A model generated the notes under the pieces. That model was not told the DNA's origin. It searched no databases and worked only from the letters and a program-made list of their open reading frames with translations. The position numbers and the translations under genes are program-made. This document shows positions 58,551-64,000 of a stretch of DNA of 64,000 nucleotides, one piece after another. The first letter of the stretch is position 1. Each line of letters opens with the position of its first letter. The stretch comes from a virus (Duplodnaviria; Caudoviricetes): the IMG/VR virus record IMGVR_UViG_2974692648_000001, positions 160,001-224,000 of that record. One strand, 5' to 3'.

Positions 58551-59921
58551 TTAAACACGGTCTTTAGTTAATACACGTAGCACGATATACAACATTAGGG
58601 CAGTGCGTAATGCAGAGTACGTAACACGAGTACGGATACCGGTCAGGTCTTGTACGATGTCATCTCCCATGGCACGCATTTTCAGAATAGATTCATTCTG
58701 GTTACGAGGGGATGCGTAAGTTCCCGCCATACGTGTGATTACCTCACGAAGATTAGTCTGACGAATTCGGTTAGAGTTTAAGTACTCAAACAAATGAGTC
58801 AGCACCTCATCTACGAATTCCTGGTAATATTCGCCACGTTTATTCCGTGCCTGATAGTTACCAGGGAACTCTTTAAGAACACGTTCTAGTTTATCCTTAG
58901 GGGCGTTATCGATCTTTTTAGTGATCACGTCCGCTAGTTCCTCTTTATAGAAACCAGTAGGGGCGGTAAGGATGATTTTAGCGTAGTTCTTATAAACGTT
59001 AACTTGCTTGGTAATCTCCTTGACAGTCATACCTTCTTCCATGTTAACTTGAGCTTTATCAAGCTGCATGATGTTAGTACGGTTTTTTACGTCATGGAAC
59101 ACTTTGTTGATATCGTTAACTAGACCACGAAGACGGTCCTGAATATCACCTACCATGTAAATGATTTTCTTATCGTCGTTCATTTGTGTAAACGTTTTAT
59201 AGTGTATCCCGGTAGTTGGGCTGATGATGTACTCAGCACGCGCCAAGAACAGCGCTCGCCAACTTTCATACTTTTTAATGTCGTACTTCAGGCTAAGGCG
59301 GTTATACGTCTCATAAACGATCTCAGGCTTCGCTAGGTACTTGTAGTCATTGTGAATCATTGAAGTGATACATTTACAATGATACATGAAAAGTACCATG
59401 ATCTGGGCTTCACGTTTCATACCCGCCGGGAGTTGCTTGGAATGTTGGATCTTCCAAAGCAGATAAGGAATGGTCAAGTTAAAAACGTCACCGGTTACCG
59501 CCCAGTCTTTGTTAACCCACTTACACTCGTGGAGACTTTCCTTCAACTCTTCCTCATCGACATCCCAAATGTCGGTAAACCATTCGTTACGGTCAGCCGT
59601 AGTGAATGTGATTTTTTGCAAACCGAGATAAGGAGAACCAAAGAAGTCACCGTAGTCAGTGATACCGACTTTACGGGTCGTGAAGTTAAACATGTAACGC
59701 TTTAGACGAGTTGCCCACTTAACGTCGATGACTAGATCACGACCAAAGTGTTCACAAACATCCAAGATGGCATTATCACGTTTGTAGTTAAAGTTAGGAA
59801 TCAACGACTCCATACCGTCGATCAGGAATTCATCCTGGGACTGGTACGGTTGATCGTTGAATAAAGATACGGTGGGTTCGTAGAAACTCTCCCCACCAAA
59901 CACGTCGTGTTCTAAAAACAT
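58551..59921 (-). CDS. Conserved phiKZ-like protein, probably virion-associated (gp32-like, tentative)
   Basis: 456 aa; acidic N-terminal leader with GGES/GMES protease-type sites; C-terminal LRTALMLYIVLR. Confidence 0.5.
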   Translation of the reverse strand: MFLEHDVFGGESFYEPTVSLFNDQPYQSQDEFLIDGMESLIPNFNYKRDNAILDVCEHFGRDLVIDVKWATRLKRYMFNFTTRKVGITDYGDFFGSPYLGLQKITFTTADRNEWFTDIWDVDEEELKESLHECKWVNKDWAVTGDVFNLTIPYLLWKIQHSKQLPAGMKREAQIMVLFMYHCKCITSMIHNDYKYLAKPEIVYETYNRLSLKYDIKKYESWRALFLARAEYIISPTTGIHYKTFTQMNDDKKIIYMVGDIQDRLRGLVNDINKVFHDVKNRTNIMQLDKAQVNMEEGMTVKEITKQVNVYKNYAKIILTAPTGFYKEELADVITKKIDNAPKDKLERVLKEFPGNYQARNKRGEYYQEFVDEVLTHLFEYLNSNRIRQTNLREVITRMAGTYASPRNQNESILKMRAMGDDIVQDLTGIRTRVTYSALRTALMLYIVLRVLTKDRV

Positions 59922-60766
59922 TACATTCTCCCAGGAACAGTCTTACGAATCATTTCTGCTTTACGCTGAGTATCGGAGTAAGACATAAACTTGAGCCATT
60001 CATTTTCGAAGTACTCTTTGTAATCTTTCCAAGCATCTTGATATCCGTAAACTTCGTCTCGGATAGAGTCCACGTTTACTCCACCACGAACCACACCTTC
60101 GTTAATTTTGTTACGAACGTTTTTGTAAATGTGCGCTTTGGTTGCGTGTTCTACTAAAGTCGCAAAGTAAGGATAAGCTCGTGGGTTGATGTGGGATAAG
60201 GCATCGTCAGATTCCAATACCATACGAGCAGTCATAGAAAAGATGCCTGACGGACAATTGCTGATAATGAACGTGTTATTACCGATCACTTGGATGTTGG
60301 TAAACGTTTGCGGGATCGCTCGGTTAGATCGAAGTCCGTTCAACATACCTGCGGTCATGTCATTCAATGCACCTTCACCACAACCCACGTTTTGAGCGGC
60401 CATGGAAAGTGCACCACTAGAAGCTCCAATAGAACCTTGGTATACTTCCGCTACTGAGATGATCTTACGACCACCAGTTACGAAGTCTGGGACTTGTACT
60501 TGGATTTTACCGTGACCTAACTGGATGATACTGGACCCAGTCAAATCAATTAATTCTGTTACGCCACCTTGGACGTTACACTGTTTGAGGACCACCCCAT
60601 GGATAACACGTTCTCGTAGACCCTGCTCAACGCTATAGTTGATCGGTTCTGATAACCAGTTATCCACTACGTTTTGGTTAGGGTTAGCAAACGCTAGCTC
60701 CAATACGTAACTTGAGATGTCCCCGCCTTCTACTACTTCGTTGATTGCATAATCTACGCAGTTCAT
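59921..60766 (-). CDS. Conserved phiKZ-like hypothetical/virion protein
   Basis: 281 aa; TAATG-coupled to the 456-aa gene. Confidence 0.55.
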   Translation of the reverse strand: MNCVDYAINEVVEGGDISSYVLELAFANPNQNVVDNWLSEPINYSVEQGLRERVIHGVVLKQCNVQGGVTELIDLTGSSIIQLGHGKIQVQVPDFVTGGRKIISVAEVYQGSIGASSGALSMAAQNVGCGEGALNDMTAGMLNGLRSNRAIPQTFTNIQVIGNNTFIISNCPSGIFSMTARMVLESDDALSHINPRAYPYFATLVEHATKAHIYKNVRNKINEGVVRGGVNVDSIRDEVYGYQDAWKDYKEYFENEWLKFMSYSDTQRKAEMIRKTVPGRM

Positions 60767-60817
60767 AATACGCTACCTTATGAGTTGTATGGTCGGTGAG
60801 TGGTTCAATAAAATTCC

Positions 60818-60856
60818 AAAATGCAAAAATAAGGGGTAGGGGATGGGACCCCTACC
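60818..60856 (-). terminator. Minus-strand terminator with no ORF upstream of it
   Basis: GGTAGGGG/CCCCTACC stem; the minus strand continues CCTTATTTTTGCATTTT. Confidence 0.65.
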
Positions 60857-61060
60857 GAACCTTAAAATCAACCTAAATATTGAAACCCAATCGCAAGACA
60901 TTCCGGGCCAAATGACCATCGAAAGACAACCAACCACAGCGTCTATCGTTTAAGAGTTACCTTGCTATATAATAGGTTTTAGGATTTAATGTATAGTTTC
61001 TTTAACTGGGATTCTATATTTAATGTCAGATTTCAATAACTTATAACAGGAGTAACGACA

Positions 61061-61654
61061 ATGTCTTTTCCTTATAAAGACGTCGTAGCCGCGCTGCAAT
61101 TTGTATTGCTCCGCATGATTTACGACAACTTCAGTACCATCGTTCACGCCGGCCATCGAGAACTCGTCCGCAATGGTGGAGTAGAAACTCACATCGTTTA
61201 TTTTGGTTCCGCTCAAGGTGGTTTCCAAGTTATCATGCGTCGGGATACTAAAGCCCGATATCACTTGGATTTTTTAAATGTACCATTCCCTTTAGGGGAA
61301 CGTGATTTTACCGTCACCTTAGGTCGAGGAAAGAATTTGGTTAACCATAGGGTCATGAACGATGTGGGTGCTCGGCTTAACGCTTTCTTGGGTGATTCAA
61401 CTTACGCTAAAAAGAAATCCTTATTAACTCGTCATGTGTTGGAATACGCCAGCAAGGATGTGGAGGTGGAAATCCCCGGATGGTTTACCCGTATGCTAGG
61501 AACTCATCAATACAACTTTAACGGTCAGATTGATAAAACCGGACTCCCGGGATTAACTCTAGTCCACGAAACAAAATGGAAGTGGTTTGAAGGCAGCAGT
61601 GAAGTCGGTATCCACGTCCATCTGTTTGGTGGAGTTAAGGAAGTCTTGAAATAA
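61061..61654 (+). CDS. Hypothetical protein (early paralog trio, member 1)
   Basis: 197 aa; RBS AGGAG; CTATAT motifs upstream at 60965 and 61014. Confidence 0.75.
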   Translation: MSFPYKDVVAALQFVLLRMIYDNFSTIVHAGHRELVRNGGVETHIVYFGSAQGGFQVIMRRDTKARYHLDFLNVPFPLGERDFTVTLGRGKNLVNHRVMNDVGARLNAFLGDSTYAKKKSLLTRHVLEYASKDVEVEIPGWFTRMLGTHQYNFNGQIDKTGLPGLTLVHETKWKWFEGSSEVGIHVHLFGGVKEVLK

Positions 61655-61664
61655 ATTAGGATAT

Positions 61665-61694
61665 GTGGTGGGGTTACACCCACCACTTTTTTTT
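61665..61694 (+). terminator. Intrinsic terminator
   Basis: GTGGTGGG-GTTACA-CCCACCAC-TTTTTTTT. Confidence 0.85.
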
Positions 61695-61714
61695 CGGCTT
61701 TTTATTATAAATCA

Positions 61715-61735
61715 GTTCTATATTACTAAAGGGAA
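61715..61735 (+). promoter_or_regulatory. Putative early promoter
   Basis: Exact TATATTAC at 61719-61726. Confidence 0.7.
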
Positions 61736-61766
61736 GGACATTAGTGTATCGCGTCAGGAGCTTATT

Positions 61767-62345
61767 ATGAACCACTTTATTGAAACGCTTTTATTCCAAC
61801 AGTTTTACGATAACCTGGATCAATGGTTGGCTTTACGTTTTAAGGCTATTGAAGAAGGGTTGTTAGAACAACCATGTGGACAAGTAGTAAGGTTTAATGA
61901 ATTAGACGTTACTTATCAAATCACCCGCCACGGTGTGGTGAGGGTTCATGTGGATTGGCTACAACACCGGGCTTACGGGATGGTGTTTGATTTTCATAAA
62001 GACGAACATTTAGCGGTAGATTTCTTTAAAGATACTTTTAAAAAATACGTCGGTAAGAAACGAGTTGAGGATGCTAAGTTTAAACTCACCGCTATTGTGA
62101 AACACAGTATACCGGAAGCGATCATGCGGTCTATGGAATCCGGTACTTTAAAACACTACGAACCAGTGCAAGGTAACTTAGGTACTCCGTTCTCAGCATA
62201 CGTACAACCACGTGTACTGGAACTTGGTGGGGTGGTTTACGAACTTGTGTTTAGTTTCCAAAATTCATTAGGAGGATATGAAGAATGTGTGATGGGCGAT
62301 CTAGAGGTCCGAACATGGACCTCGCTTACCGACACCACGTGTTAA
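61767..62345 (+). CDS. Hypothetical protein (trio member 2)
   Basis: ATG 61767 follows the RBS AGGAG; the tracked start lies inside the terminator. Confidence 0.75.
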   Translation: MNHFIETLLFQQFYDNLDQWLALRFKAIEEGLLEQPCGQVVRFNELDVTYQITRHGVVRVHVDWLQHRAYGMVFDFHKDEHLAVDFFKDTFKKYVGKKRVEDAKFKLTAIVKHSIPEAIMRSMESGTLKHYEPVQGNLGTPFSAYVQPRVLELGGVVYELVFSFQNSLGGYEECVMGDLEVRTWTSLTDTTC

Positions 62346-62908
62346 CGTTGTTGAAAGAATTGACTTTCAATTTAGGTCCTGTCTTAACAAGGCGGGTGAA
62401 CGGTGGGTTTGCTGAAGAGTCTTACCCCTTGTTTGATTTGAACATCAACGGGGGTCAATGTCAGTGCACTATCTACGGTTTTGGTGACGAGGTAACACTA
62501 ACCTTGTATGGATTGCGATCTCTGCTAGGAGATAATGTCCAAGAAGGTGTTATCTACCGATTCAACGTTAATAACGAAGAAGAAGTAATCGAGGTACAAG
62601 ATCTGTTACGTGATCTATTGGGACCTTACTTTATTAAACACTTGACTCGTGAAACTGAAGAGGAAGCTAATGCTTTGTTCTTCACTCGTGTGAGTGCTAT
62701 TAAGGATGCTGGTGCATTTCGTAATCGCAATTGGTTCCGTAAAGAACAGGTCATCGGATTCTTTTACTTAGACGCTTATTTACGTGTAGAACAAGTAGTG
62801 ATTCGACGAGGTAAGGGTAGAGGTAGGTGTTATTATCATGTGACACGAACTTCGTTATTAGGTAAAGAGACTAAAGAAGTATTACCTTGTCCTAGAGTCT
62901 TAGATTAA
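62315..62908 (+). CDS. Hypothetical protein (trio member 3)
   Basis: ATG 62315 follows the RBS GAGGT. Confidence 0.7.
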   Translation: MDLAYRHHVLTLLKELTFNLGPVLTRRVNGGFAEESYPLFDLNINGGQCQCTIYGFGDEVTLTLYGLRSLLGDNVQEGVIYRFNVNNEEEVIEVQDLLRDLLGPYFIKHLTRETEEEANALFFTRVSAIKDAGAFRNRNWFRKEQVIGFFYLDAYLRVEQVVIRRGKGRGRCYYHVTRTSLLGKETKEVLPCPRVLD

Positions 62909-62915
62909 GTAAAGG

Positions 62916-63707
62916 GTGAGTTATATGGACTTAGATGAATTTATTGATCAACATAATTTGGTGGGAGATCTTCTCAACAAAGATATGTTCGATCTTTATC
63001 AGAGCCTTCCTCACTATAGTCGGCCCACGTTTCTATATCCAATTCTTCTATCTAAGATAAAGGAAGATCCGGATTTTGAACTGTGGGAGCGTCACTATCA
63101 GTGGGATTTTATCAAAAAGGGTAAAAGAGGTCAAGGTTTCTTTGAATCCCCTCATCTGTTTATAAGTAGTCACGGTAGAGTGTATAACTCAAAGAGTGGT
63201 AACTTTCTCAAAGGGTCGACGAAAGGAGGTAAAGGTGATTACTTGAGACATAACGATACTATTTCAGGTAGGAACATTCGCATCCATCGTGCCGTCGCAT
63301 GCATGTTTGTAGGTAACTATACAAACAAACCTTTAACTAAGTTGCTGGTCAATCATAAAGACCTAGATAAACAACATAATTTCTTTGCTAACCTCGAGTG
63401 GTGTACTCAAAAAGGTAACACTCACCACGCTATAGATGAACTAGGTAGCTTCTCTGTTCCTCGGGTTTATTACCTTTGTGAAGTTGTTAAAGGGGGTCAA
63501 TTCCTCAACCACAAATTCATCATTTCAGGTGAAGTTGATTGTAAGAAGTACCGGATGACTCATGCTTATTTAGCGGCTAAAGATGAAAATAAAACTTGCA
63601 ATAACTGTAAAGTGGAGGTAATCGATAAGAGTGAAGTCGATGATAGGTTATTAATTAAAAACCAATCTAATCGATTCAAAGGTTGGTTAAAGAAACCTAA
63701 AAGATAA
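62916..63707 (+). CDS. Free-standing HNH homing endonuclease
   Basis: ISSHGRV (NUMOD4-like), IHRAVA and VNHKDLDKQHNFFANLEW...N..H motifs. Confidence 0.9.
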   Translation: MSYMDLDEFIDQHNLVGDLLNKDMFDLYQSLPHYSRPTFLYPILLSKIKEDPDFELWERHYQWDFIKKGKRGQGFFESPHLFISSHGRVYNSKSGNFLKGSTKGGKGDYLRHNDTISGRNIRIHRAVACMFVGNYTNKPLTKLLVNHKDLDKQHNFFANLEWCTQKGNTHHAIDELGSFSVPRVYYLCEVVKGGQFLNHKFIISGEVDCKKYRMTHAYLAAKDENKTCNNCKVEVIDKSEVDDRLLIKNQSNRFKGWLKKPKR

Positions 63708-63846
63708 TTAAAAACTAAGTGACATGTATTATATGTTACAAAACCTTTTTACCCCATTTTTATTGAACGGTTACTTTGTACTCTAAAATCTTGTTATTTT
63801 ACCTGTTTTTTCATCGTTATTTTCACCCCTAAAAGTGAAAGGCGAT

Positions 63847-63990
63847 GGGGAGAAAGAGGGGCAAGGTGATAGGGGCAAGGTGATAGGGGTGTCAAGGTTG
63901 AGTGGGTGTCAAGGTTAGTTGGTTCAAGTTAGTTAAAAGATTCGGGCAAAGCCCAAGATAATTAATATTAATATATTAATATATCTAACT
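63847..63990. repeat. Tandem degenerate GGGG..CAAGGT repeats followed by an AT-only palindromic tract
   Basis: AGGGGCAAGGTGAT x2 (63857-63884), GGTGTCAAGGTT x2, GGTTCAAGTT, then ATTAATATTAATATATTAATATAT. Confidence 0.8.
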
Positions 63991-64000
63991 ATAGAGTATG

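Noticed and set aside
60912-60923. Minus-strand TTCGATGGTCAT as a source of the missing FDGD micro-exon
   Set aside because: It encodes FDGH (one mismatch at the essential Asp) and has no group I elements around it.
1197-61264. Numerous short antisense or alternate-frame ORFs in the track (e.g. 23769-24242, 41763-42239, 51884-52336, 60986-61264)
   Set aside because: They overlap well-supported genes and show no recognisable motifs; shadow ORFs.
63847-63930. CRISPR mini-array
   Set aside because: Units are 14-17 nt, directly tandem, with no unique spacers and no cas genes.
1-64000. Stop-codon reassignment explaining the TAA at 355-357; tRNA genes
   Set aside because: Long ORFs are intact in the standard code, all three stops end genes, and readthrough would not give DGD. 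No tRNA cloverleaf was recognised by eye (tRNAscan not run).

Overview
This window is part of a phiKZ-related (Chimalliviridae-like) jumbo myophage genome. Names below come from recognised motifs and gene order, not from database searches. (i) 1-11.5 kb is the core virion RNA polymerase/head-maturation block: a beta'-like subunit interrupted at its catalytic motif by a group I intron carrying an HNH endonuclease, a 1453-aa beta-like subunit, an endolysin, gp177/176-like genes and the prohead protease. (ii) 11.5-24.5 kb is an accessory island driven by repeated early-type promoters. It holds a membrane-anchored paralog array, an HD hydrolase, ThyA, four proteasome/HslV-fold paralogs in A-B-A'-B' order, two Cys-His-Asp proteins and a Nudix hydrolase. 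(iii) 24.5-57.7 kb has the tail tube and sheath, gp28/27/26-like genes, about 21 kb of Ig-like repeat coding sequence (a gp26 extension plus 3527-aa and ~2550-aa proteins), and a terminase with a class 3 intein. (iv) 57.7-64 kb has Tmk, conserved virion genes, early paralogs, a free-standing HNH and a G-tract/AT-rich non-coding element. The three best leads are: the codons for xDGD of the RNAP catalytic motif cannot be found at the intron locus; an alternating active/inactive proteasome-fold cassette; and an Ig domain apparently split across genes, which suggests donor-strand attachment of two alternative giant fibres.
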